Notes under the pieces: model-generated
What the model saw: the letters and a program-made list of their open reading frames with translations, nothing else
Databases searched by the model: none
Told to the model about the DNA's origin: nothing
Part shown: positions 35,838 through 48,990 of the stretch, one piece after another
Layout: every line of letters begins with the position of its first letter
How positions within the stretch are numbered: the first letter of the stretch is position 1
Program-made: the position numbers and the translations under genes
Origin: Selaginella moellendorffii
Taxonomy: Eukaryota; Plantae; Lycopodiophyta
DNA length: 64,000 nt
Direction of reading: 5' to 3'
Assembly (NCBI RefSeq): GCF_000143415.4
Contig: NW_003314301.1
Span: forward strand, 344,259 to 408,258

Positions 35838-37062
35838 ATGGCAGTGATAGGGAAAAGATTAAGGCATTTGAAATCAAGTTTGGGACATGGCCTGGTGGTG
35901 GAGATATTTCACCTGAGGAGCCAAACTTTAACCTTGATATTGTAAGGGGGACAATCCTAATGATGGACATTGGCAAAGGTTTTGTGAGATTCTTGAGCAC
36001 GATAGAGGTGGAAGGAGATGGAGTTGTGGATTTTTTGGAGATTGGAGATAAATGCCTCAGAACGAGTATTTGAACAAGAGGATTCGGATGGAGAAGGAAG
36101 TGAGAGATTGAATCAAGGATTTCGGCCAGAGTTTGCAAAGGATGGGGAAACTCAAAGGGAGGAGTGAACGGAGTTGTTATAGGAGAACTCAACAAGGGGA
36201 AGGATATTGAACCAGTCATCCTGATGATAGTTGATGAAGCACCTTAGGAATTATTCCAATGTCTGAATCATTTGTTCGGACTCTCCATCAGTTTTTGAAG
36301 AGAGGTTGGCCTTCACTCCAAGCAGCTGCAAGAACCATTGCCAAAAATGAGAGATGAACTGAGGTCCCTGATCTGAAACCACATCTGCAAGAATCCCATG
36401 AAGTCGGAAAATTTCCCTGATACCAATTTTGCCATGTCCTCACTTGAAAACTCCTTTGTACATGGTAGGAAGTGTGCCATCTTTGTGAAGCGATCCACCA
36501 CAACTAAAATTTTGTTGAAGCCTCTAAAACTTAGAAGATCACTCAAGAAATCCATGGAGATGGATTCCCAAGGACCTGAAGGGACTAAGACTAGATAGCA
36601 AACCTGAAGGAAGGTGGCGAAGTACCTTATTCCAGGCACAAGTGTCATGGGAGGTAACAAAAGCTTTGATGTAGTCGTCTATATGAGGCCACCAAAAGTC
36701 CCATGCAACCAGCTCATAGAATTTTGCAATGCCAAAGTGACCAGCAATCGAGCTATCATGGCACGCCATCAGGACCAACCTTTGAGCATCACCTTCAGGA
36801 ACGTAAAGCTGCTCCCCATGGTACAACAAGCTATTTAAGAACTCAAACTCGTCAAATCGCCGACAGTCAGGAGTCACTGGGTGTCCAGCTTGAAGATCGG
36901 GGAAAATGTCGTTGGCGAGGTTGTCAGATTGAAGATCGTTTCTAATCACGTCCATCAAGGAGGAGTCCTGAGGGGCCAGGGAAATTGCCATAACTTGAAG
37001 CCAATCAGGACCAAGGATAACCTGATCCTATTGATCGAAGGTAGGATTACTAGGCCCGAGAC

Positions 37063-38213
37063 TATAGCGCACGTGGTTTTGACCCTTTATCCTATGGTGA
37101 TTTACCATAGGATAACACCACGAAGCGGAACCTAAACCCTCTTTATGCCACGTGACACATGCCACATGTCATACACCACGTGTCCAAAGGATAATGGTGC
37201 AGAACCTGAGGGCCTTGGGCCACTAAATGAAGGAACAGTGCCAAACTCCCAAGCATGGAGCCAAGGAGTGACAGAATCGGACCACGGAGCAACTCCCGAG
37301 CATACAGCCCAAGGAGCGAAGGGATAGGAGCCCGGAGTGACTTGGAACAGTTCTGGAGCAACCAACATCCCAAAGCCAGGAGCAGCACACAAAACAAAGC
37401 CAAACTGAGTCTGGCGCTATTTCGGCATACCGGTGGCCTAACGCAAAGATATGGGTACTCCACCAACTAGCATGGAATGGAACTTGGGCTTAGACCCAAG
37501 CCGGACACAAAACAAGGACAGGCACGCAAGCAAGAGCTAGACTATACCTTAAGTTAGTCAGCCATGCCCAACCTACCAACTATCCCTACTATACATTTGG
37601 AACCCCCCATAGTGCCCCCCCCCCCGCCCCCCCCTTTTGAGGAACACATGCTTTGGGCTTTCACCCCAAGCCTCCCTTAGTATCAGGAGTTAGTTTCTAA
37701 GACAAGCTCGAAACTTACTAAATATGGAATGGCACTAGATTGCAAATTTGGACACGGGACAAACACTATTGTGTTCAGGACAATCTCTACATTCTGTAGA
37801 TATGCCAAATGAGCTAATCTAGACACTTTCCATAAATAGCATTTGGGACCGGAATAAGACTAACACAAAGGGCATAATAGTGAGGGTGTTTGGCAAACAC
37901 AGTAAGTTATCATCTAGCAATATTGAGGGACCAAGCTCAATATCGCGGGGGTTCTTGATACTAGCAAGTGCAAGTCAATGACTCAAGTTTCTCAAACCAG
38001 GTCGAGTATGCTCAGCAAGAAACACATAGGGTTTCTACCTTATATTTATCCAATCTAAGTACATGGTCATTGATCAGTTTCTCAACTAGCTCAAGTGGGA
38101 ACTGATAACGGGCCCAGCAATACCGACCTCCTGCCATCGTGGCAGTAAGGAAAGAATATCCGAAAGGACTAGCCAACAGGTAACTTTCGATACCCGAAGT
38201 CACATTCACGACA
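37063..38213 (-). mobile_element. Solo LTR (family C) nested in chromovirus copy 2
   Basis: TSD GAGAC (37058-37062, 38214-38218); both ends match the PPT-preceded LTR at 43022-43734 in reverse orientation. Confidence 0.9.
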
Positions 38214-41200
38214 GAGACTGAGATAGGAGTGCCTTGAAAGAGCATCAGGAAGGCCTTGAAGCTTTCCAAGTCTGTACTTGATAACAAAGTCAAACCAACT
38301 CAGGAATTGTGCCGACCTTGCCTAATGATGGCTCAAAACTCAGGAAGTGGCAAAGTACTTGAGATTTTTGTTATCCGTCCAGACCGTTGTTTGATGGCTC
38401 GTCCCCTCCAAGAAATGACACCACTCTCCAAAGGAATCCATGATGGCAAGGAGCTCCTTATCGTGGATTTCGTAATTGATATCCATAGGCTGGAATTTCC
38501 AAAAATGGAAAGCGACCGGATGAAATTCCTGACCCACTCTGAGTTAAGACAGGACAGCACTGATAGCAAAGTCGGAGGCATCTGCCTTGATGAAGAAATG
38601 TTGTGAGGGATTAGCGTGGATCAAGACGGGAGCAAAACTGAAGGTCGCCTTGAGTATGTCAAAGGCCTACTAGGCAGCAACAGACCAACAGAAGGGAACA
38701 TCCTTGCGAGTGAGATGCATGAGAGGAAGGACAATATTGGAGTAGTGATCAATGAATTTGTGGTAGAAGTTGGCGAAGCCAAGAAAAACCTGAATGTCCA
38801 ACATTGACTGTGGAGGCTCCCATTTGAGAATAGTCTTGACTTTAGCAAGATCCATCGTGATACCCTCATGAGTGACAATGTACCCAAGGAACTCCACATA
38901 CTCCTGATGGAAGGAATATTTCTCAAGCTTTGCGTATAGGCCATGTTCCTGTAGCTTTGCTAGCACCTTGCGCACATGCTCGTCATGCTCCTCCTGAGTT
39001 TTTGAGTAGATGAGGATGTCGTCAAGGTACAATCACCATATGATCAAGAAACTCCTGAAAGACGTCGTTTGCCATGTGTTGGAAAACTGCTAGAGCATTT
39101 GTCAAGCCAAATAGCATGGCAGTGTATTCGAAGTGGTCATAGCAGGTTCAAAACGCAGTCTTCCATTCATCACTAGGCCGGATCCGGATAAAGTTGTATG
39201 CTCCATGGAGGTCGATCTTGGTGAAGAAGCAGGCACCGTAAAGGTGTTCCAATAGGTCCAAGATCAGGGGCATCGGATAACGGTCCGAACAGTCACTTTG
39301 TTCAAACCTTGGTAGTCGATGACTAGCCACAAACTCCCATCCTTCTTCTTGACAAAGAAGACAGGCGCTCCAGCCAGGGACTGTGAATGCTGAATGTACC
39401 CCGATGCAAGGTTCTCATCCACGTACTCATTGAGGGTCTTAAGCTCGGATGGGGATAACCCGTAGATAAGCCCCCACAGAGGTGATGCTCTTTCCTGTAA
39501 ATCAATGGGACAATTGTAAGGCCAATGAACAAGCAGTACACTAACTTTTTTCTTGTCAAACACATCCCCAAAATCATGATACTTCTTAGGAAGACTGATA
39601 GGAGAAACATGCAAAGCAAAAAGGAAAATAGATTCTTCATGAAGGAGTTCTTTCATAGTGATTATGGAGATAGGAGGAGGTGTATGACTAAATGGAATGA
39701 TGGGGTGAGGATACTGTCTAGCGTAAGATGGAAGAGAGGGAAAAGAAGATTGAGGATAGGGAGCAAAGAGGGTGAAAACTTCATAGAGTCAGGAATAGAA
39801 CCCTAATTTGAGTTTAGGGAACTTTTCTTGATTCGAACTCGATGAACAATAGGGGAAAACATGGGAGAGACAAGCTGTAATTCTTCCCAACAGATCTAAG
39901 GCTGGTGCAGTTGGAACCAAGGAAGGCCAAGCACCACAAAGGAAAACTTGTTGTTGATGATGTTGAAGGTGATATCAGTGACGATGGACCTGATGTGTAC
40001 TCGAACAGGCAATGTTTCCCTAAGTCCAGAAGATGGAGACACAAAATGCCCGCTGATGCTTTCAACCCTCACGTCCCATATGGTAGGAGAAAGAGGAATG
40101 TGATGTCAGGCAGCAAAGTCCTTGTCCATGAAGCAAGAACTTGCACTCGAGTCCAGTAGTGCCAGAGCTTTGAGTCCTGATTGTTCGGTGAAAGAAAGGA
40201 GACATGGGATGCGGAAGTTGCAGGAATTGGTGGTGGCTTTGATGAAAGGTGGTGAGGAGCTTGATAAAGAAGAAAAGTGATTTTTATTCGGGGAGTCCAA
40301 ACAGACAGCTCCTACTCTATTTAGACAAGTTCGTTTCTCAACTGCAACAAAGGTGGACCTTGAGGCAAAGTGAACTCGAGTAGTCGGGGAGGCTTCTTGG
40401 GACACACAGCTGCTTTATGATTAAGATCAGCACAGTAGAGGCAAAGATTCTGAGATACTCGACGTTGCTTCTCAATATGACTCAACTTCCCTTTGATGAG
40501 TCAGGGAGTACCAAAAATATCCATCGGGATTAGAGCAATAGCTTCAGGAGTATGCCCTGAAGACTCAAGCTGGGATTCCTGAGTCTGGGACAGGAAAACG
40601 GTGGTGCGGTGACTTTCCTGATGACGTTCAAAGAGACGGTTGTCACATCCAATAGTTTTGTTGATGGCATATGACAGGTCTGTGGGATCCAGCATGGTGA
40701 GCAACAAATCCTTGACACCGTTGTTGAGGCCAAAACGAAATTGATCAATGAGGGCCCACTCATCCCACTGAGTGTCTAAGGCAAGGAGTTGGAACTCTGT
40801 AGCATAGGTCAAGGCAAGACGATACCCTTGAGAGAGACATCTCATCTTTGTGGTGGCAGCCCAAACCCAATCCGTCTCGCCAAAACATGCTTCGAGCTTC
40901 TCTTTGAACAATTGAAAATCCATCAGCTCCAGAACCACGACCCCTTTCATGCTCTTCTCTATGAGAGGAGAAAACCATGACAAAGCTGCACTTTTGAGCA
41001 ACATCCTGATCATGCCGATTTAAGACTCGGGAGTGGGGTACTGCCGATGTTGAAGTGTGAAGATCAGCTTCATCTGGTTCAAGAATCTGTGAAGCTCTGA
41101 ACACTTGCTTGAGAACTTTGCCAGGAAACTCACCTTTGGTTCAGGAACTCTGCTTGATCCTTGAGCCGAAAGTGAAGCAAGCTCCTTTTGCATATGAATG

Positions 41201-43009
41201 AAAGGCTGCCTTCAACTCGGTATTCTCAGACTGGATTTTTGCAAGGACTTCGGTGAAGGAATCAGGATAGCTTGGAGACTCCATCGACAAAGAAGAAAGA
41301 AAAGGGGGAAAAAGGTAAAGGCAATTAAACAATCAAAATGAGCTAAAGCAAAAGCAAAAAGCACAATCTGAATCAAATTGTCAAGACCCCCAACAAGATC
41401 AGGACTGGAAAATGTAGAACACAAAGAGAAAAGTTAGTGGAGACGAAAAAAAGGCCATAGACTAGCATTGATTCAGATTATGGAGAAATGGAACAAAGCT
41501 AACCTATATATACTATAAGTTGATGAAGCTCCACCACTCTTGGATTGAGGACGGCCTAAATATAGCTGAGGTCAAGGAGATGCCACGCCATCATCAGGAA
41601 TGTGGTTTGAGAATTAGGAATTGTATGGAAAACCAGAGAGTCGGGAATAAGGAAGTGTCTCGAGAGTCAGGAATGTGGTCTATGGGTCAAGAATTTGGTG
41701 AGAGTCAGGAATGTGGCAAGAATTCTGACAGTGAACATGGACGGACAAGTGGGGCAATTTGGTGAAGTGTTCAAGAATGAGCTTAAGCTCTCCCAGGAAC
41801 TTAAATGGTCGATGCTCCCAATCTAAGTATGGGTGGTATTACCTACTTAGATACTTAGTGTGGCTTATTAGAACCTTGCTCTAGCTATATGGCTAAAGCA
41901 CTAGCGGTGGAAGGTAGAGAGAGTACCCATGAGACTCAAGTAGGGCTATGGTGTTTTGAAATGTCATTCTAACATCTTAGATTATAGAAAGGAAGACAAA
42001 CAATCCTCTTGTGTAGTAACCAAGAATACGGTCACATAGTGAGAAAGTCTCAAATGTCAATAGGACTTAGTGGTTGGACCTTTAAACCTTCGGGCCCTAA
42101 CTTAGTGGCAATGTTGGCGAGCACAGCCATGGATGGAAAGGGACTTAGTGGGGACTGAAGAAGGGACATTGGGAAAAGGTGTTCTTTATATCTTTGGGCA
42201 TTCTAAGGATGCTAACGTGCAATCTTGGGATGACCACTCACTTATAGATGGCCTAGCCTTTGAGAGATGGGACTATGGCACAAGTGGTTTTGAACTACCA
42301 ATAAGACAAAGATAAATGGATATAGCCTTAATGTAATGGGCTGAGATGTCAATAGTACCTTTAGGGTGTCTATCATAAAATTGGACACATGGAGCACTTG
42401 GATCAAATGCAAAGGCTGAGTGGCAAAGATGCCATTCATGGGGCTAATATGTCCCTAAGTCGGGAATAGGACTTGGGGACATCTATTGATCTTTGAGTTT
42501 GGGCCAATATAGGCAGATTAGCTTTGGCCCTTCGTGTGCATAGTGAAATCTCTAATCATGGGGTAGCTACTGTCAACTGGTCACATCACCCACCTCTCTA
42601 TCGATGTTCCTTATTTCATTAAAAAGGCGTGACCGTGTAAGCAACTCTCATTGCCTGTTTACAGTAGTCTATCAAAACCTTACCGATGGGTTTGGTTTCT
42701 TTGCTCATGAGGGTTGGGGCCTTTGGCTTCTCTCTCTATATCTTTGCAGGCAAGGGCATATCAACTTGTAAGCTGGGTGACACCCAGAGCAGCAAGGGTG
42801 GCTAACTCCATTGGTCATTTCCTTATCGATGACGGCCGAAATGTGTCTGAGTTGGTAGTGCATCCACATTAGACAAAGAGGTTGCCTCCTAACTTATTTA
42901 AGTTGGTGCATTTCTCACATAGTGTGAATACTATGAACTTTTTCTGGAGTTGTTTCCTTGGCAGCATTCTAGACTCGAGTATGCATCGATGAAGACATCA
43001 ATCTTCCCT

Positions 43010-43734
43010 AAGGGGGGAGAGTGTCGCGAATGTGACTTTGGTATCGAAAGTTACCTGTCGGCTAATCCTTCAAATATTCTTTCCTTATTGGTACGACGGT
43101 AGGAGGTCGGTATTACTTGACCCTTTATTAGTCCCTTGTGTGTTATAACTGGGCATTTCAAGTGTACATAGACTAGACAGGCATAAGGATGGAATTTCTA
43201 TCTAAGCATACTTAGCGGGTAGGTAGTGGGTAGGTCGGGCATGGCCGACCAACATAAGGCATAATCTAGCTCCTGCTTGCGTGTCTGTCTTTTTTCTATG
43301 TTCGGCTTGGGTCTAAGCCTAAGTTCCACACTATGCTAGCTGGTGGAGTACCCATGTCCTTGCGTTAGGCCACTGGCATGTTGAAATAGCGCCAGACTCC
43401 GTTTGGCTTCGTTTTGCGTGCTGGTCTTGGCATTGGGATGCTAGTTACTCTATGATTGTTCCAAGTTGCTCCGTACTCCTGTCCCTTCGCTCCTTGAGCT
43501 GTATGCTCATGAGCTACTCCGTGGTCCGATTCTGCCACTCCTTGGCTCCATACTTAGGAGTTTGGCTCCATACTTTCATTCAATGGCCCAAGGCCTTGAA
43601 ACTTGGGTTCCACACCACTGTCTTTAGACACATGGCATGTGTCATGTGGCATAAAGAGGGTTTAAGTTCCATTTTGTGGTGTTATCCTATGGTAAATCAT
43701 TATAAGATAAATGGTCAAAACCACATGTGCTATA
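43010..43734 (+). mobile_element. PPT plus 3' LTR of family C (internally deleted)
   Basis: AAGGGGGGAGAG followed by TGTCGCGAATGTGAC at 43022; ends ...AAACCACATGTGCTATA at 43734. Confidence 0.8.
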
Positions 43735-43897
43735 GGACTCCAATGGAGTTAGTTTGGCCAGAAAAAGCTAGTGTGACTAAAGAAGGCTATACTTATGTGG
43801 TGGGTAATGATATAACCACTGAGGAGTTTAAGGCTAGATTGAACACAAATAGATAAGTAGGGTAACTTGGTAAAGTGTTCAAGAGCCAACTCTAGTT

Positions 43898-43997
43898 NNN
43901 NNNNNNNNNNNNNNNNNNNNNNNNNNNNNNNNNNNNNNNNNNNNNNNNNNNNNNNNNNNNNNNNNNNNNNNNNNNNNNNNNNNNNNNNNNNNNNNNN
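43898..43997. other. Assembly gap (100 N)
   Basis: Run of N. Confidence 1.
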
Positions 43998-44518
43998 AGT
44001 AGGGATAGTGAGTAGGTCGAGCATAGCTGACCAACCTGAGGCATAGTTTAGCTACTGTTTATGTGCTTATCTTTGTTTTGCATTTGGTTTGGGTCTAAGT
44101 CTAAGTTTTATACCATACTAGTTAATAAAGTACTTATATCTTTGCATTAGGCCATTAGTATACTGAAATAGTGCCAAACTCCATTTGGCTCTATTTTGCA
44201 TGTTAGTCCTAGCATTGTGATATTGGATACTCTAAGACTATTTCAAGTCACTTTGTCCTTCTGTCCATTTGTTTCTTGGGCTGTACGCTCAAGAATTGCT
44301 TTGTGCTTTAGTACCTTCACGCCTTGGCCCCATGCTAAGGAGTTTGGCTCCATTCTTTCATTTAGTGGCTTAAGACCCTAAAACTTGGGTTCTGCTTCAC
44401 TGTCTTTGGACATGTGGCATATGGCATGTGGCATATAACATGTGGCATATGGAGGGTTTTGGTGGTTATCATATGGTAAATCACCATAGAATAAAAGGTG
44501 AAAACCATATGCACTACA
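43998..44518 (+). mobile_element. Family C LTR, 3' part
   Basis: Homologous to ~43220-43734; ends ...GCACTACA. Confidence 0.8.
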
Positions 44519-45520
44519 AAGTAACTTTAGTCAAAAGTTGAGCAGTTCATATTATGCACTAGAAGTGAAAATGGCTACATCCAAGTTGAAGTTGATGACA
44601 TTGTGGAGGTACAGAAGTATGGTTTTGTAGTAGTGCACTCAGTGTTACATCAATAGAAGATAATGAAGGTGCACATTTTAGTGTTGAGTAATGCTGGTAG
44701 ATATGAAGTTGCAAGTAGAGTTCTTATGTTCATTGGCTGGTCTGATTTACGATGCACCAAAAACACTCAAGTAAGTAGTGATAGAGATGGTTGACTGCAA
44801 ATAAATTACATACTATAAATTTTTTAAGTTATGATTTGTTCAAAACATATGTCTACATAACTCTTTCAGAAGGCCACATTCATTTCACACAAAAAAAACC
44901 ACTTCACTTCAGCACTTCAGATGCCCTATTTCCAGTTTACTTGCTCTATTTTTTGAGGTTTCTGTACACATGTTAGTGTTGAGCAGCATTCCAGGGATGA
45001 TTGTTTGGGAGATCAAGTGTCTAAATGATCCTGAACTGAAAAAGGAGATAAAGAAGTAGTTGGAAGCTGTTCAAGATGTGTTGCGGATTAGCTCTGCCAT
45101 CTAGGAATTGGCCAATGGCTTTAACATTGCAATAAGTGAATATGAAAAGGTCTACAAAGAGCTCCAAATAGTGAAAGGCCAAATCATAGTTATAGAAAGG
45201 ATGCTTGAGGAGGTTCTCAAATACACAAGGGCTAATAACTAAATGTCTTCCAGTTTAGTTTCTTTTCCTTTCCTTACTGCTATAGTGTGTGATCCTTGTG
45301 TACTTGTTCTGAATCTATGTCATTTTCATGTTCTGTTTTTCAGGGACAAAAAAATGTAAGAAAACTTTTCTAAGGTAAAAAGAGGCCATGAACTATCACA
45401 CACTGATTGCCATAATGCTGAAAAAAGCCACTTTAAAAAGCCATAGTTTATTCATAAGACACTCTCATAACTATATAACAACCAAAAGCCATTTTCAAAT
45501 ACCACAATACTTTTAAAAAA

Positions 45521-45983
45521 NNNNNNNNNNNNNNNNNNNNNNNNNNNNNNNNNNNNNNNNNNNNNNNNNNNNNNNNNNNNNNNNNNNNNNNNNNNNNNNN
45601 NNNNNNNNNNNNNNNNNNNNNNNNNNNNNNNNNNNNNNNNNNNNNNNNNNNNNNNNNNNNNNNNNNNNNNNNNNNNNNNNNNNNNNNNNNNNNNNNNNNN
45701 NNNNNNNNNNNNNNNNNNNNNNNNNNNNNNNNNNNNNNNNNNNNNNNNNNNNNNNNNNNNNNNNNNNNNNNNNNNNNNNNNNNNNNNNNNNNNNNNNNNN
45801 NNNNNNNNNNNNNNNNNNNNNNNNNNNNNNNNNNNNNNNNNNNNNNNNNNNNNNNNNNNNNNNNNNNNNNNNNNNNNNNNNNNNNNNNNNNNNNNNNNNN
45901 NNNNNNNNNNNNNNNNNNNNNNNNNNNNNNNNNNNNNNNNNNNNNNNNNNNNNNNNNNNNNNNNNNNNNNNNNNNNNNNNNNN
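45521..45983. other. Assembly gap
   Basis: Run of N. Confidence 1.
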
Positions 45984-46863
45984 AGTTTTATTGATGCTTC
46001 ACTATATAAATTTAATATTACTAATGGAGTTAAGTATACCTTCACAATTGTCACAAACTGCCAATGCTAGGTCATGGGATTAATATTTAACAAACATTCT
46101 TCAACTAATTCAAACAAAATCTACTAAACACTTGAGTTATAAGTAGGACAATAACAACACTATAACTTCCATCATTGTCCACGTATAAAATACAAAATAT
46201 TTGATTTAGTGTTATTTTGTTTTTCCACTATTATAATACATAGTTTATCCAAAGAGCTCCTTGCTCAATGGATTGTATCAAATGGTAAGTTTATGAGGTT
46301 TAGTATGATATTCAATATGCTAATCCTCCAAAAATGCCTACAAATCCACTTAATATTCCTCTAGATTTTGGCCTATCAACCAAAAAACCTTAATTAACTA
46401 CTTTCTATCTTTCTAAGGATAATGTGAAGTCGAAGTGTATAATACCATATATTAATATTAGTGTAATGGGGCCATTGGATTTATTTTAATCTGGACCATT
46501 ATATAATCTAAGGTTTTTGGCTTAATCAGATATATACATTTTTGTATTCCATTTTTATATTTTATGCATCCACATAAAAGAAAAATTTATTGCATGTTGC
46601 ATACAACAACGCTTAGTTTGTTTAATTAGTGTTATTTCTATTTATTAATCTAATTGATCAAATAGAGGTTTATAATTATAAACATATTTATGATTTATAA
46701 ACACAAGATTAATCTTATTAAAAATCAACCATTAGATGGCAGAATAAACTAGAATATACTAGGAAATGTTTAGAAGACTTTATAAATTATAAATACAAAA
46801 TTAATCTAAATGAATAACTAGTATAATATTCTAGAATATCCAAGCATATTTTAAATATATTCA

Positions 46864-47350
46864 CTACCCGCCACACTCGCAAGCCTGTGCATGGATCTCC
46901 ATCCCTCTCTCCAGAGCCGCGGCTTTCACCACCTTTCTACTGATCTCCTGGCCCTTCTCTCGCATGCCACAGCTCGAGCAGGCCTTGAGCGCCACTACGA
47001 AGCACCCCGAGTTGGGATCACACCCCTGCCTCCGCTGGATCCCCGCCAAGATCTCCAGCGCGAGCTCCCCCTGCCCCTGCCGGGCATAGCCGAGCAGCAG
47101 CGACGTCCACGCCACTTCGTTGTGGCAAACCATCCGGTCAAAGACGCGGTGAGGCTGCCACATCGCGCGTACATGTAGCGCGCTGGAGACGAAGAGATTC
47201 GTGTTGCTGCTGCCGTCGATCGCCTCCGCGTGGAGTGAGCCTCCTCCCGCGCTCCAGCTCCACGGGGCTGCAACACGATCTCAGCGCCGCGAAACACTCC
47301 GGGACCTCACCTTGCTGGGCCGGAGCTCCATCGCAATCCCAGTCCCCGCC
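46864..47350 (-). pseudogene. PLS-class pentatricopeptide repeat (PPR) gene fragment
   Basis: YMYARCGSL / VFDRMVCHNEVAWTSLLLGYARQGQGELAL...FVVALKACSS...GMEIHAQA, with frameshifts and truncation by AT-rich DNA. Confidence 0.8.
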
Positions 47351-47598
47351 CGGCATTCGTTCCCGCCCGATCGATGGAAGAAAATGCGAAGAACTTGACT
47401 GCCCTAAATTCTGGACGAATATTCCAAGCTTCTAAACCGTATTCAAGTAAAACGGTCCCATAGTTAAGTATGCTAAGAAAAAAATTAATTTTTATTAATA
47501 GTATTATTTATATTTTAATTTAGGAGTCATTAAAGAAAACCTTTAAAGGAATATCCTCTATAAAAGGCTAAAGCCTCTCAACCCTAAACCTCAAACCG

Positions 47599-48731
47599 AT
47601 GGCGTTCTTTGGCAGGGAAAAGGAGCTGGATGCGTTATCACAGTTGGTAGGCGCCGAGCGAGTTGTGTTGGTCTTGGGCCCAAAGAACTCTGGCAAGACG
47701 GCACTTCTCCAGAAATTCCGGGCTACGAGTGAGCTCCCAATTTTTCTCCTGGACATGCGGATGGATATCGAGGACCAGGTATTGCAATGGCAGGCTGGAG
47801 TAGAAAAATTTCTAGTGCAAGGCTTAGATGCTGTGCTTAGGGAGCTGGGGTTGGCACGCAGGAAGAAAGGAAAGAAAGCCCCAGTTTTCATTCTAGATTG
47901 TGCTCACAAGATCAAAGCTCTTCCTGGAGCAGCAGAGCTTTTTAGAAATCTCTTAAGGATTGCACAGGACAAGATTGCGACGATCATCATGGCATCTTGG
48001 GACGATTCCTTGCGGGAGGATTGGATTGGGGATAGATTTACGGAGCTTATTTATGTAGATCACTTCAGTGAAGCGCAGGCCAGGGAATTTTTTAGTGGTT
48101 TACTAGTTAGTCAAGTGAGTAGTAGCAGCGGTAGCCCGGGACATGGATGGTGGCGGCGATGGTGGAGGTGGAGTTGCGGTAATCCTCTTCCCCCTCCAGC
48201 AGCTCCACCTCGAGTTCTTTCTTTGAATGACAAAGAGTGGGGCAAGATCTATCGAGTTTGCGGCGGCTGTCCATTGCTGTTAAAGCGTTGCGCAAATCAA
48301 GTGTTCTCCGTAAACATCATGCCACTGGACAACTCTCTTGGCACCATGGCCGCATCGGTGGCATCTCTTGTTTCTTTTGGATTGGAAGGCGACGATCAAG
48401 GGTAAGAAGCTAGATCTTCACTGTTATTGTTTTCTGGAGCTCTTGTTTGAATTGCTTAAGGTGGGATGTCGAGATGTTTAAGCGAGTGATGGAGCTCTTG
48501 GTGGACAGGGATGGAGCCGTGGAATGGGCGACTGTTTGTAGCAAAGTGTTTGGCGGTGACGAGGGAGCTTGCAAGGCTCAGCTCAAGGCCATGGCAGCAA
48601 ACGGCGTCATCCATATCAAGTGCGTGCCTAGTGAATCGATTAAGATGGTGGAGCCGATTTCTCCTCCCCATCTCCAGGCAATGAGAGACGAGCTGGAGCA
48701 CTCCGGCTACGACAGTGACGACGACGATTAA
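47599..48731 (+). CDS. Stand-alone STAND-like P-loop ATPase (archaeal-ATPase/ATPase_2 type), 2 exons, 357 aa
   Basis: FFGREKELDAL, Walker A GPKNSGKT, Walker B-like PVFILDCAH, GxP motif GGCPLLL. Exons 47599-48401 and 48461-48731 join in frame across a 59-nt GT-AG intron. Confidence 0.85.
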
Positions 48732-48990
48732 GCCTGTTTTGATGTTCGGGGATCTCATGTTTCTTCGTGTATCTTTTCTTCCAGAAGTAATAAGCCACAT
48801 TCTCGATTCAAAACCTTCCAGCGATTGACAGCTTCTTCTTGACTACATTACTCGAAGAAATTCTCCACTGGTCGCTGGACAGTCACCATTCTCCTCTTTC
48901 TTTCATTTTCTTCAAAGTATGGCTGGTTGGTCCAGCCAACGAAAGCCTCTACCACTCCTAGAACCAAAGAAGAAAGCTATTCTATATGAT

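Larger units (their letters stand above)
34778..41730 (-). mobile_element. Ty3/gypsy chromovirus copy 2 (same family as 9266-14915), more decayed, with two nested insertions
   Basis: LTRs 34778-35117 and 41379-41730; TSD GTGAA; gag, PR, RT and IN fragments on the minus strand homologous to copy 1. Confidence 0.95.
29492..42476. repeat. Segmental duplication, copy 1 (paralogous to 51759-57718; includes a later chromovirus insertion)
   Basis: Collinear with 51759-57718 once 34778-41735 is removed; empty site GTGAA at ~56979. Confidence 0.9.
34152..42476 (+). mobile_element. Family A LTR (partial, plus orientation) interrupted by chromovirus copy 2
   Basis: Reverse-complement similarity to 8888-16117; short GAGATGGAGTCC array at ~34390-34570. 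Confidence 0.8.

Noticed and set aside
44520-45240. Coding-like stretch ending ...IERMLEEVLKYTRANN*
   Set aside because: Multiple stops and no recognisable family.
45452-46054. 200-aa and 91-aa ORFs containing X runs
   Set aside because: Artefacts of translating through N gaps.
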